Of a stretch of DNA of 64,000 nucleotides, positions 1-12,674 are shown in pieces; positions within the stretch are counted from its first letter, which is position 1, and every line of letters begins with the position of its first letter. The notes beneath the pieces are model-generated. The model had not been told where the DNA came from and made no database searches. It saw only the letters and a program-made list of their open reading frames with translations. The position numbers and the translations under genes are program-made. The stretch lies in assembly GCF_009914755.1 (NCBI RefSeq), contig NC_060926.1. One strand, written 5' to 3'. The DNA comes from the human T2T-CHM13v2.0 reference genome, Homo sapiens.

Positions 1-263
1 ACCACTTATTCTCACTTATAAGTGGCAGCGAAACAGTGAGAATGCATGGACACAAAGAAGGGAACAGCAGGCACTGGGGCCTCCTTGAGGGTGAAGGTTT
101 GGAGGAGGAAAATGAGTGGAAAAAATCATTACTGGGTACCGGGCTTAATGCCTGGGCGATGAAATAATCTATACAACAAACCCCTGTGACACGAGTTTAC
201 CTATGTAACAAACCTGCACACACACCCCTGAACCTAAAATAAAAGTTAAAAACAAAAACAAAA
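1..263 (+). mobile_element. L1 3' end (older L1PA, approx. L1PA15/16-like) with A-rich tail
   Basis: Typical L1 3'UTR: ttctcacttataagtgg...acaacaaacccctgtgacacgagtttacctatgtaacaaacctgcac...cctaaaataaaagttaaaaacaaaaacaaaa. Confidence 0.85.
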
Positions 264-1339
264 GCAACCGTCTCTTGTCTTAGCTGACTGCACTCGTGGC
301 TGCTGTGGATCACTTCTCGTGATGTCCACGTGGCAAGCAATGGGTTTTCCATAGTGCCTATTGGGGCCTCTATTTTCTCAACCCAGATGGGAGTTGCAGA
401 TGTGAATACCAAGTATTTCAGCGTTAACTTTTCTCTTTTTGCTCTTAACAAACTAAGCTGCGCAGCCTTGAAACAGGAGTCGCCCTAACTTGGAATGATT
501 TTGAGACCCACAATCTTGTTTCCAGCATCAGATTCTAAATCAGTTGTTTTGAAAACGGCGGCTCCATTCTGTTGACTGTGAAGTTAGCGATTGTTCCTTT
601 AACGTGTAGCTCCTTCAGAACTAATGGGGGAATTCCATGCTTCCTGAATTTTTAACACACACCTGTGAAGGAATTGCTCTCCCTAGTTCAGCAGCTTTGG
701 GGGCACACAGGGTTGTACGGGGCACTCTGGAGTGATGTGGTTTGGAAGGGCTCAATTATTACCAAACAAGACAGAGAACGCTTCCCAAGAGTGTTCTCAG
801 ATGAGGATAACGATACAACTGACTTCATTTGCAAAGTGCTCTGGCGTCCAGGACACCATTTGCATCCTCACCGGACACATGCTCCATGTGTGCCAAGCAC
901 AGCCAGCGGCTCTCCCCTTTCACAGATGAGGCTGCTGAGGCAGAGCCAGGTGAGGGATGAGTCATGTGCTGGCTCAGCAACTGGTAAGTGCTGGAGGTGG
1001 GAGCGGGACCTGGGTCTGCCCAGCACCCACAAGCCCTTGCATGGACCAGGCGGCCGCCACACTGCCAGGGGAGATGGGATGCCTATTCCTTGACCTGTAC
1101 CGCTACCTGATCCGCTACCATCTTTCATCCCAGCAGGAAGAATGCTAAAACCATCACTGTCTTGCCCTCCAGAGCTCGGATCTCTGGCTTTCCTGACCTT
1201 CCCCTGGGGAAGCTGAGGGGCCTGCTGGTCACAGGACCCCTGGTGACCATGTTCAGGTCTGGCCAGAAAGAAGATGGGCATGGAAACTGGGGCAGTGTCA
1301 AGCGGAAGCTACTTCGTCCAGGAGGGATGAAAGGGACAG

Positions 1340-1450
1340 AGGCTGCTTCTCTTGGAGAAAAGAAGACTTGAGGCTGGTAAGTTTGCTGTTTTCAAACATG
1401 TGAAGGACTGCCATGGGGAAGAAAGGCAGGTTTTGCTATGTTTGGCCCTG
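1340..1450 (+). mobile_element. CR1/L3 LINE fragment
   Basis: ttggagaaaagaagacttgagg...gctgttttcaaacatgtgaaggactgccatg resembles the conserved CR1 ORF2 C-terminal segment; boundaries approximate. Confidence 0.55.
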
Positions 1451-1470
1451 AACGTAGAATGAAGGCTGTT

Positions 1471-1620
1471 CTTTCATTTCTTCCTTTATAAGACATTTAC
1501 AGAAGAGCTTGGTATGCCAGGCACTGTGCTAGGTGCCAGGGTCACAAAGAGTAATAATGCAGGGTCCCTGACCTCCAGGAGCCCACCTGTGGTAAGGGAG
1601 AGCAGACCTGAGGTTGAGGG
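1471..1620 (-). mobile_element. L2 3' fragment
   Basis: ttcattt...catttac...tatgccaggcactgtgctaggtgc...gtccctgacctccaggagc, the reverse-strand L2 3' signature; more degenerate L2 sequence probably continues to about 2700. Confidence 0.7.
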
Positions 1621-4004
1621 TGCTCCAAGGAAATCAGGGTGTCAGTGAGGGGCACCAATGACAGAAAGTGGGAGAAGTGGGCGGGTGGGGGGAACCAGGA
1701 ACGGAGACCGCAGACAGTGGTTAAAGCAGACAGGTCTTCCGAGATCTCCAGAAGATCAGATGGTCTGGAGAGGGGGAAGCACCCTTCCTGGGCCAGGAGC
1801 CAGGGCACAGGGTGAGGTATCCTCACCTGGGGCACATGGGGAGCACCTGGCACTTCTGGAAGGGGTCAGAAAAGTGCACGGCCATGCTACAGAGGTTGCT
1901 TGTATCCTGGAGGCTGTGGAAGTCCTGGAAAGGACTTTAATCAAGAATTTTGATCCTTTTTATGTTACAGAAAAATCCCTCTTGGGAGTGTGTAGAGGAG
2001 GATGTGGTGGGAGCTGTGCTGGCCTTGGGGAGCAGGCAGGTGTGGGCGGTGGGCACAGTGAGGACAAGGCCCAGGCAGGGAAGTGCTGCGGGGCTGCTGT
2101 GGGGAGAAGATGAGAGCCTGCAGCGGGGGATAGGCAGGGCAGGATGGGGAGGGCAGGACTGGCCAGCCTCAATGACAGTGGGTTGTGGGTTGCAGGAGGG
2201 GTCTCGATGCTAGATGCCCAGTGGATGGTAATGAGGGGGTCAGTGCCAGCTGCCATGAGCCCCTGGGCAGCAGGGCAGGCAGGGAGGGCTGCTGGGGCCA
2301 GAGAAGAGGAGAGAGGCAAGGGCAGAAAGGGCCTCCGAGGCCACAGCAATGGCAGTGGACGCCTCAAGAATGGATGGAAGGAATTCTCGAGTAAAGGGGG
2401 ACAGTAGATGAGGCCGGGAGAGGGTGACAGAGAGCCCGGGGCCACACAGGGAAGACGATGATAGAGGAGGAGGTCCGGGCTGCCAAGGGGCAGCAGCCGT
2501 GGATAGAAGGGATGGGTCTGGAGCGATAGCTAGCCTCGAAGCCAGGGGGCCAACGAGCAGGAGGGGGGCGGCCAGCGGTGGCCTGTGCTGGCCAGAGAGT
2601 TTGGTAATGAGGAGGTCACTGGTGGCCTTGGCGGGGAGTGGAGGGAACAGAGCCAGGTGACAGGGAGAGCTCCTTCACAAAGACGGGCAGACAGTAAGCC
2701 TGGGGAGGACGTGGCGCATGGGGTAGTCAGTGCCCAGGAAATGTCTGGGGATAGCGTGGGCTAGGGACAGAAGGCAGGAGGATGGGCTGGGAGGAGAAGG
2801 GCTCATCTTCCTTGCACCACAGACACTGGGGGATAGGGTGGCTGCTGCTGCAGGAAGTGTGCAGGCCAGACAAGAAATGTTGGCAGGCGCATCTGCTGGG
2901 AATAAAATCTGCCCTTAGAGTTTGTGGAAAAGCAGTGTTCTTTAGTAAAAATCTCAGAATATACTGAATGGCATAAACAACACCTCTTCTCCCTCCACCT
3001 AGAATCAACCGTTGAACACTTCCTGTCCTTACAGATCCTTTACGAAAATGGGATCTTGTTCAACACATACTGCTTTACGGGCTGCCTTGTTCATGTCATA
3101 TGAAAGTTATTTCTCCGTTATCATTTTAACAGGAAGCACCAGCATTACGGTTCTAATTAATCCCCTGGTTTTGAATGTATAGATGGTTTCCATCTTTTAC
3201 TACCCCAAATAGTACTTATTTAGGGCACCTGGCTGAGAATTTCCTTAGAATGACTGCCAGGAGAGGCTTCCAGGTGGAGGGGCCTGGACATTCTGTGCGT
3301 GTCGTTTTTATGCGTACTGTCACACTGCCCCCCCAGGGGTTCCATCTGTTTACACTCTCCCCAGGAATAAATGAGGGCTCTGGCTCTCTACACTCTTCTC
3401 CTCGACAAGTATTAATAGTAAAAAACTCTCTGCCAATTTGCTAATGAAAAATGGTATCCTTTGCTTTTCTAATTTTCATTTAGCTATGAAAAGGCTTCAT
3501 TTAAATTACCCACAGATAGTTTGAGGTCACGGACAATTACATTAATTAATTCGTAATTGAACTTTCCAGAGTTCTGTCGGGTAGTTCACGTCACCTGCCA
3601 GTAGAGGGCTCTTCGCTACTATCAAATATCACTAGAGGGTTTTTGTTGTGTGTCAATTATGAAATAAAGACAAATTTCCACCGTGTGCCTTTTCAAATTC
3701 TAGGAAGTTCTAGCAAACAACTAAAGACGTCTCTATCCACATGCATTTTATGGGCTTGATCTTTTGTATTTTCCAAAGAAACACTGTCAAACATTCACCA
3801 TCAGAATTAGATTCTCAGGGGATAATGGCTCAATTAAAACCTGTTTGTGTTTCGGCATGCATGGGTTATGAAGATGCTCTGCCCAGATGACCCCTGGACG
3901 TTTTGGAGGTTCTCTCTGAAAGGATCCTATTTTGCTTGCCAAGGAGAACTGCAGGAAAAAAAACAGCTACTATTTTTTTCAGCTGATGTGTCTCGGCTGA
4001 AACT

Positions 4005-4110
4005 CATTCATTCATTCATTCATCCCACACATATTTACGGAGCATCTGAGAGCTCTGTGGTGGGAAGCAGGGGTGTCTGGGAGTTGGGAGACACGGTCCC
4101 TGCCTGTGGA
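4005..4110 (-). mobile_element. L2 3' end fragment
   Basis: (cattc/attc)n tail followed by catatttacggagcatc...gacacggtccctgcc. Confidence 0.6.
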
Positions 4111-4535
4111 GGGTGCAGCTGCCTGTGTCTGAATGGGTGTCGCTGAGTGAGGTGCTGCGGGGTTAGGGGTTAGGGAGGGTGCAGGGGCGTAAGGCTTATT
4201 TGCAGGGGGAGGGGGCTCACTTTCCCATACTGTGGTCACTTGGATTCTGTTTAAATACTTCATATGACATTTTGGCCTGCATTTCCACTATTTAAAAATT
4301 ACATTTTAAGTTTCTATTTCCTTGTAATACCTTTTATGTACTTGCGGAGGTTACTTCAAGTCCTCACTGCAATTAGCTGGATATAAACCATAGATGATCA
4401 TCAAAAGAAGGGCAGAGGTATACTAGAATGAGAAGCCTGGCTGGGCTGGTAAACTGAGGCAAAGCAAAGAACTAGAGAGGAGCTGGGATGCAGGGGCTCA
4501 CAGGAAAGACTGGGCACAGTAACTAGGAGGGGACA

Positions 4536-4757
4536 TGCGTGTATGTGTCTGTGGTCAATGTGTGTGTGTGTCAATGTATGTGTGTGCATGTGCGTATGTT
4601 AGTATGAGGTATGTTAGTGTGCACATGTGTGCGTGTGCGTTAGTATGAGTGTTAGTGTGCACATGTGTGCGTGTGTGTGTATGAGTTTATGTTAGTGTGT
4701 ACATGTGTGCATGTGTGTGCATGTGTGTGAGTGTATTAGTGTGCATGTGTGTGTGTG
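4536..4757. repeat. Degenerate (TG)n microsatellite
   Basis: Alternating TG/CA/CG dinucleotides with recurring ttagtgtgcacatgtgtgc units. Confidence 0.9.
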
Positions 4758-6123
4758 GGGGGCAGGTTGGTGCTAGTAACAGGAACATGTTGATGCAATT
4801 AGTGCTTATCCAGACTGTGTTCAATGGGAAGGTGTTGGATGGTGGGGGGCGTCAGGCTTACAAACCACCTGAACTTAACTCTTGAAGCCCCGTCTCCTCC
4901 CCAGCCCACTGCCCACCACACTATGGCCAATGAATTCTCGCCAGGTGGAATGGACTCTAGCCAGCTTGGAGAAGCCTGTGTGCAAAGCCATTCTCAACTT
5001 CCCAAGGTACCTCCATCGCCCCCACCCCGAGTGTTTCTGGGTTGCCTAAACATTTTGAATGCTCGTGGCATCAAACCCTGGTCCCGCCTTGTCCACACTG
5101 CCTGATACACAACACCTGCGGATGCCACTCTGTGTTTTTGGTGATTGACAGCCTGCAGAGTGTGTTTCCACACCTGACTGACACACAGTGCCCGGGGCCT
5201 CCACAGCCTGATGCCCTCCCTGTGTGGGGTGCTCCCTGTCGTCACTGGACAGGTGGAGTGGGACATGTATCCCGGGTCCTGGAGAAGCCTGGCTCTCTTG
5301 TTGCCTTCCTCCTGGGAGTCCCCTTCCCACGGCAGCCTCTGACACAGCTGGACCCGGCTACATGGCCCACCCTGGTCTAGGGGCCTTTCTTTTGTGTTCT
5401 TTTTTCTCCTTCTTTCTTTGCAGGTGCATGTGTCTGAATTCCGAGAAGTTTCCTATGTGTCGGGGTCTAGGCTCCCTCCCCACCCTGGGCCCCTCCCGGG
5501 TGTCTGGTTTGACGTGGCCTCCCAGGACTGACACCGATGTTCCAGGCAGGGGAAACAATGGCAGAGGCCTCGTTGGCCGTACAGACGCCGGCATCCCCAC
5601 CCACAGTGGGTTTTGATGGACTCTGGGCGCTAGTGAGGTGTCTGTCTGTGTTCCTCACTGTAGCACATGGTCAGTGTGGCCCACTGTGGGGCGGGGAGAG
5701 TGGGGAGGCCCTGCCTATGTGGGAGCAGGCTATGTGGGCGCTCTCTGCACTTTCTCCTCCCTTTTGCCAGGAACCGAAAACTGCTCTGAAAAATAGTCTA
5801 TGTAAAAAAGAAAAGGTTCTGCAGCCTATGTGCATGTCGCTCCTCAGCCTGCAGCTGCGTCCGCACGCAGTGGAAGGTGAGCCTGGCCTCTTCATGGACG
5901 ACCCACTCAAGACTCAGGGCACTGGCCTCCCACCGTGTCCATACCCGAGGCTGCACTGGAGCCGCTAAATCCTGTGTCCCTCTCCCCATGTCCTTACTCC
6001 TCTCTTTCCTCTCCCCCTCCTTTTTGATTAGCCCTGTTTTAGAGGCCAGATGTAGGCCTTGGGTTATCCTTACTGATATTCACCTTGTAAAATGAGACTA
6101 ACATATGTATTACACTAATTGTA

Positions 6124-6125
<2 letters not shown>

Positions 6126-6170
<45 letters not shown>
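6126..6170. repeat. Compound (TC)n(TG)n microsatellite
   Basis: Seen directly in the sequence. Confidence 0.95.
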
Positions 6171-6553
6171 TTTAAATCAACCACAAATAGCAGCAATGTC
6201 TTTGTCTGGGTTATTAATCAGGAAGAGAAGTCTTCTTCTATGAGCTACAGAAACATACCTTTTATGAACTACAGAAATTGGCCAGGCACCTCTGCTGACA
6301 CCTGGACTAGCTGTCTACACCACCACACACCACATCTGGGCAAGAGCCCTTGGTGTGCTGCCATAAGGCTGCTGGCTGTGAGCCCACAGAGGAGCCGGGT
6401 GGATGGTACTGGGGCACAAGAGCATCGAGGGTCCCTTTTGTCCAGATGCTGCAGACCACTGTGGGCCACGTGTCCTACAGCTGACACTGCCTCGGCCCCG
6501 TTCTCCCAGGTCCTCACTCTAACTCAGCCCTCAGGGGCCAGGTCACCAAGCAG

Positions 6554-7298
6554 AGGGGAGGAAAGCAGAACCTAAGAATGTCCAGGGGCAGAGAGGGCCC
6601 TCGACCCAGATCCAGGGGGCCGCTGAAACATTCTCTGCTCCAGCCTCCTTCCCTGCGCCCTGCCCTGGCCTTCCCTTGCCTGTCTAATGAGAGGTCTGGA
6701 GGGCGGGGGCCATTCTCACTGGCAAGGCGGATACAGGAAGAAGCAGGATGGCCTTCAGTTGCTTCATCTTCTCACACTGGGATATTCCCAGCAGACCCGC
6801 TGGCCCAGGAATGGCCTTGCCCCTGTGTCTTGTGGAGGGCACATCCTCCCACAGGGTGGGGCATGCGGAGCCGATGCTTCCCCAGAGGCCAGCTGGGGGG
6901 CCACGCGACGGTCTTGGGGCCTGACCTAGCGTGAAATCCAGAGGTCAGACCTCTGGTTCTCTTGCATTTTTGTTGACATTCAGCACTCTGAGTGTCACTT
7001 TTCTCATCTGTAAAATGGGCACGTTAATTCCTACCTCATCAGAGCTTTCATGCAATTAAAAGAGAAAATATGTGTAAAACGCCTTAGCATGTGCCTGACT
7101 CCAGGGCGGAGGTCAGAAAAAGCCCTTCCCGCTCCGCTGTCCCCTGGTTTACTATTATACAGACTCAAGGAGACTGGTACCTGGGGGGTGGCGGGGGTGG
7201 TAGGCAACAGCCCTGCCTTATAACTTCTTTCACCTGTGAAATGTTTATTGCATGTTCATCATTTGTCAAATATTTATCAAATATTTATACTTTTTATA
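6554..7298 (+). repeat. Left arm of long inverted repeat (745 bp); contains a MIR fragment at about 6990-7095
   Basis: Reverse complement of 8863-9607 with 13 substitutions and no indels (compared by eye in 10-mers); MIR core ttctcatctgtaaaatggg...ctacctca. Confidence 0.97.
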
Positions 7299-8862
7299 AT
7301 ATGTATATTTATATATATATTCATATATATTTATATATTATATATTCATATATCATAAATATATATATTATATATATTCATATATTATATATCTATATAT
7401 TTATTCATATATTATATATCTATATATTCATATATATCTATATATTTTATATTCGTATATTATATATCTATATATTATATATTCGTATATTATATATCTA
7501 TATATTATATATTCGTATATTATATATCTATATATTATGTATTCATATATATCTGTATATTATATATTCATATATATCTATATATTATATATATTCATAT
7601 ATATTATAAATTATATTCATATAGTATATATCTATTATAAATGTATATTCATATAGTATATATCTATATATTATAAATATATATTCATATATTATATATT
7701 TATATATTATATATTCATATAGATCTATATATTATATATATTCATATATGAATATATATATTATATGTATATATATTATAAATATATTTATATAGTATAG
7801 ATATTATATAGTATATGCATATTTATATTATAAATAATTTACATAGTATATGTATATTTATAAATTATATATATTTACATATTACATGTATATTTATATA
7901 TTATAAATACATATTTACATATTATAAATATATTTATATATTATGAATATAATTTATATATTATTACATATTTACATATATGCATAGTTATATATTATAA
8001 ATATGCATTTATGTAAATATATATTTATAAATATATAAATATGCATATAATATGTAAATATATAATATATAAATTATATTCATAATACATAAATATATAT
8101 TTACAATATGTAAATATCTGATATGTAAATATGTATTTATAATATATAAATATACATATAATATGTAAATATATAAATATACATATACTATGTAAATATA
8201 TGTTATATATACATATACTATATAAATATAGAATATATAAATATACATATACTATATAAATATGTAATATATAAATATATACTATATAAATATACATATA
8301 CTATATAAATGTATTTATAATATATAAATATACATATACTATATAAATTCATATATGAATATATAATATATAAATATATATAATATATGAATATATACTC
8401 ATATATAAATATATATGAATATATATTTATAATATATAGATATAATATGAATATATATTTATAATATATAGATATATATTATATGAATATATATTTATAA
8501 TATATAGATATATACCATATGAATATATATTATACACTATATGAATATATATTTATAATATATAGATATATACTATATGAATATATAATATATATACTCT
8601 ATGAATATATAATATATACTATATGAATATATTATATACTGTATGAATATATAATATATAGATGTATACTATATGAATATATAATATATAGATATATATA
8701 CTATATGAATATATATAATATATAGATATATACTATATGAATATATATGATATATAGATATATACTATATGAATATATAATATATAGATATATATTTATG
8801 ATATATGAATATCATATATAAATATATATGATATATGAATATATATCATATATAAATATACA
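7299..8862. repeat. AT-rich (TA)n-derived low-complexity core, itself quasi-palindromic
   Basis: Almost all A/T. The left part uses tattcata/tatcta/tttacat motifs; the right part uses their reverse complements tatgaata/tagata/atgtaaa. Confidence 0.95.
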
Positions 8863-9607
8863 TATAAAAAGTATAAATATTTGATAAATATTTGACAAAT
8901 GATGAACATGCAATAAACATTTCACAGGTGAAAGAAGTTATAAGGCAGGGCTGTTGCCTACCACCCCCGCCACCCCCCAGGTACCAGTCTCCTTGAGTCT
9001 GTATAATAGTAAACCAGGGGACAGCGGAGCGGGAAGGGCTTTTTCTGATCTCTGCCCTGGAGTCAGGCACATGCTAAGGCGTTTTACACATACTTTCTCT
9101 TTTAACTGCATCAAAGCTCTGATGAGGTAGGAATTAACGTGCCCATTTTACAGATGAGAAAAGTGACACTCAGAGTGCTGAATGTCAACAAAAATGCAAG
9201 AGAACCAGAGGTCTGACCTCTGGATTTCACGCTAGGTCAGGCCCCAAGACCGTCACGTGGCCCCCCAGCTGGCCTCTGGGGAAGCATCGGCTCCGCATGC
9301 CCCACCCTGTGGGAGGATGTGCCCTCCACAAGACACAGGGGCAAGGCCATTCCTGGGCCAGCGGGTCTGCTGGGAATATCCCAGTGTGAGAAGATGAAGC
9401 AACTGAAGGCCATCCTGCTTCTTCCTGTATCCGCCTTGCCAGTGAGAATGGCCCCCGCCCTCCAGACCTCTCATTAGACAGGCAAGGGAAGGCCAGGGCA
9501 GGGCGCAGGGAAGGAGGCTGGAGCAGAGGACGCTTCAGCGGCCCCCTGGATCTGGGTCGAGGGTCCTCTCTGCCCCTGGAGGTTTTTAGGTTCTGCTTTC
9601 CTCCCCT
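8863..9607 (-). repeat. Right arm of long inverted repeat (745 bp)
   Basis: Reverse complement of 6554-7298; the ORF track also shows the same peptides on opposite strands (6687+ vs 9253-, 7091+ vs 8846-). Confidence 0.97.
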
Positions 9608-10609
9608 AGTAGACTATATATAGTAGACTATATATACTATATATATATAGTCTACAAGTAAATAGTCATTTACTTGTAGATACATTTCTTAAAAAGGAAA
9701 CGCTTCCCCTCACCCCTCACTCATTATTCTATTAGTTACTGTTTGTAAAATAAATCCTCCAAACACAATGATCACAAAATGGATTTGAATTTACAGTTGT
9801 GAAACAAATCGGAGACTCATTTTCCCTGCGTGCTTCCACGGTGCTGTGAGTGAGGCGAATGCCACCTGCCTGAAGTGAGAAATGACAAGCATTTCCCTGT
9901 AGTTGCATTGTTTACCCTCCCGAGATTAACTTGGTAACAGGACTTCTCTCTAGGAAGAATCCATGAGGAATCAGGCCCTTCTGTTATTTCACCTTCTCCT
10001 GCAAATGCCATGAACCATATTTTGCTGCTCTTGAGCCACAGCCCGTGTTCTGCAGCTCACACGGCACAGTCAGGCCCTCCAGCTTCCTGCCGTCAACGTA
10101 CCAGCACAAGCATCCTGTCCTGCTTGCCTTTGGTTAATTAAAAGCAAATACCTCTTTGCAGTGCAGATAGCTGCTCTGTCAGTCACACTGGGACACGGTG
10201 GCCTCACCGCACACAATTTTTAATTGATTGACTCCCACTCCTGAGACCTCTGGGTCTTTCATTAATCAGTTATATACACAAGAAAGGTGAAGTTTAATGA
10301 GGTGTGTGTCAGGCACTCTGACATGAAGTGGCCCAGGTGGGTGAATGTGGTGCTCCACATTTTAATAATTTTTGACACCCAGCATTTTGCAGTCCACACA
10401 ATGCCAGTTTGTGATAATTCTAATAAACGCAAAGATCGCTTATCTGGTATCAAGACAAAATCTCTCAGCAGCAGGAACAAAGACTTTCCTAGAGTGAGAA
10501 CAGAAAGATCACATCCTTGCTCTGTCCTAGATTCACACCAGGAGCTACTAAGCTGTTTGGTGAGTCAGAAAATGGATACTTAATTCAGCCATTCAGCCCT
10601 ATTTCAGTG

Positions 10610-10840
10610 AGCGGCCGTATAATGCAGTTTTGAAACTTGGAGGCTCTGGAGCCAGACTGTGTGAGATCCTATCATTGCACTGCAACCAGGAAAATTACTA
10701 AAATGATTTGTGCCTCAGTTTTCTTAACAGTAAAATGGGTATAATGAAAGTGTCTACCTCATAGAGTTGTTGTAAGGACTGAGTGAGTTAATACGTAGTG
10801 ATGTATGCAACAGTCTGGGATATATAGATGCTTACGAAAC
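10610..10840 (+). mobile_element. MIR SINE
   Basis: ggctctggagccagactg...tgtgcctcagttttcttaacagtaaaatgggtataat...ctacctcatagagttgttgtaaggactgagtgagttaata. Confidence 0.85.
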
Positions 10841-11209
10841 ACTAATATTTTTATATTTATGTGCTTCTGTCTGTTACTTGACAAATGTCAACAAAATTTG
10901 ATGTTTAGAATGAACAAATGCAGGTGTTCTTTTGGGCAAGAGGAAGGGTTCATTTTACCTTTCCTCTGAAGAACTTAGTGCTTACAACTTGGTAGTTAAG
11001 CACATGGAGGCCACAAGTCAGGCTGCCTGGCTTCAAATTCCAGCTCACCTTCAAATCATTGGCTAACTTTAGATGTGTGCTTGCGTGGGGAAAGATTCCA
11101 AGCTCAGTGAAAAGCAATAGATGAAAAACAGAGAACGCAGCACATTCCTCAGCTACTGCCAAGTCAGAGGAGCTTGGTAAACAGGATTTCCATTGAAACT
11201 CTGGAGTAA

Positions 11210-12620
11210 AGACCATATTCCAGGACTAAGAGATTTGCTTTGGACCACAGACGAAGTCAAAATAGACCCATATTAACAAAATGGAAAACGAAGTCTCTGC
11301 AAGTTCAAGCTGATCAGCCAGTAATTTAACTGCCTGCTAGAACAAAGCCCCGCTTGCTTCAGAGGCTCCACAACGTACCATCCACAATGTCTAATATACA
11401 ATAAGAATTATCAATCAGATGAAAAACAGAGAAATGTGACACATGGTCAAGGGAAAAGCAGTCAAATAGAAATAGGCCCCATGATGACCCCGTTTTGAAA
11501 TGAGCACATAAGGACTCTAAGGCAATTAAGTTCAAAGACTTGAAGGAAAAAGATGGTCATATGAAATGGGCGGATAGAGAACTACAGCAGAGAAATGAAA
11601 ACGAGTAATAAGCAAATGTAAGTGCTAGAACTGAAAAGCAAAAGATAAGAAGATCAGAAATAAAAAATAAGAAGATCAGAAAAAAGAAAATTTGTTGCCA
11701 GCAGATCTTCACTAAAATAAATGCTAAAGGAAGTTCTTCAGCTGAAAGGGAAATGATACCAGGTGAAAACTTAACTTGACAGAGACAAAGAGAGTACTAA
11801 AAATGGCAAATATATGGAGATGTATAAAAGAGTATATTTCTTCTCTCAATTTTTTAAAAAGACAAATGACCATGAAATGCAAAAATAACATTCTATTGTG
11901 GTATATATAACATTTATAGATGTAAAATGTATAATAAGAAAATGAAGGACAGAGATAATAAATGGATTATGTTGTCACAAGATTCTCATATTTTATGTAA
12001 AATACCATATTAATTCTACATAGACTGTGATAAGAATGACTACAGTAATCCGTAGGCCACCACTAAAAAAGAAAATAAAAAGAGACCAAAAAGAAGGCAG
12101 GAAAAGAGAAGTTGAATGAAAGAGGAATGAAACAAATGGAGAACAAATAGCAAAATGGTAGACTGAACTCAATCATCTAAATAATTGCATACAAAAATAA
12201 ACGGAGCAAATGCTCTAGTTAAATGACATATGTTGTCAGATTGAAGAAGAAAGCAAAACCCAACTATGTGCTATCCATAAGAAATGCACTTTAACTATAA
12301 AGACATAGACATATTGGAAATAAAACAGCATAAAAATATACCGTATACACTCAGCATAAGAAAGCTGATGTGGCTCCATTAGTATCAGACCAGGTAGATT
12401 TCAAGACATGGAGTATTTCCAGGACAAAAAGGGTCATTTCATAATGATAAAATAATCAACCAGGAAGGAAGACATAACAATCCTAAACGTGGATGTATCT
12501 CATAACAGTGCTTCAACATATATGAAGCAACTGACAGTACTACAGGGAGAAATACAGAAATGCATATAGTTGGAGAGCTCCTCAAAATTCTCAGAAATTT
12601 TGAAATACTAAAAAATATGA
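11210..12620 (+). mobile_element. Ancient L1M (ORF1 / ORF2-endonuclease remnants)
   Basis: A-rich degenerate L1 motifs (tttgttgccagcagatcttcacta...aatgctaaaggaagttcttcagctgaaggg; ccaactatgtgctatc...; gggtcatttcataatgataaa); boundaries approximate. Confidence 0.75.
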
Positions 12621-12674
12621 AATTAACCTAAACAATGAAATGAACCAATGAAAACAATAACCCAATGAAAGGTA

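Noticed and set aside
7091-8297. Ile/Tyr-rich ORFs (172, 90 and 79 aa)
   Set aside because: Translations of (TA)n low-complexity DNA
6554-9607. Palindrome as a Foldback/MITE-type transposon or a duplicated small gene (identical 73-aa ORFs)
   Set aside because: No target-site duplication; the arms contain ordinary intronic sequence and a decayed MIR; the ORFs have no recognisable homology or splice context
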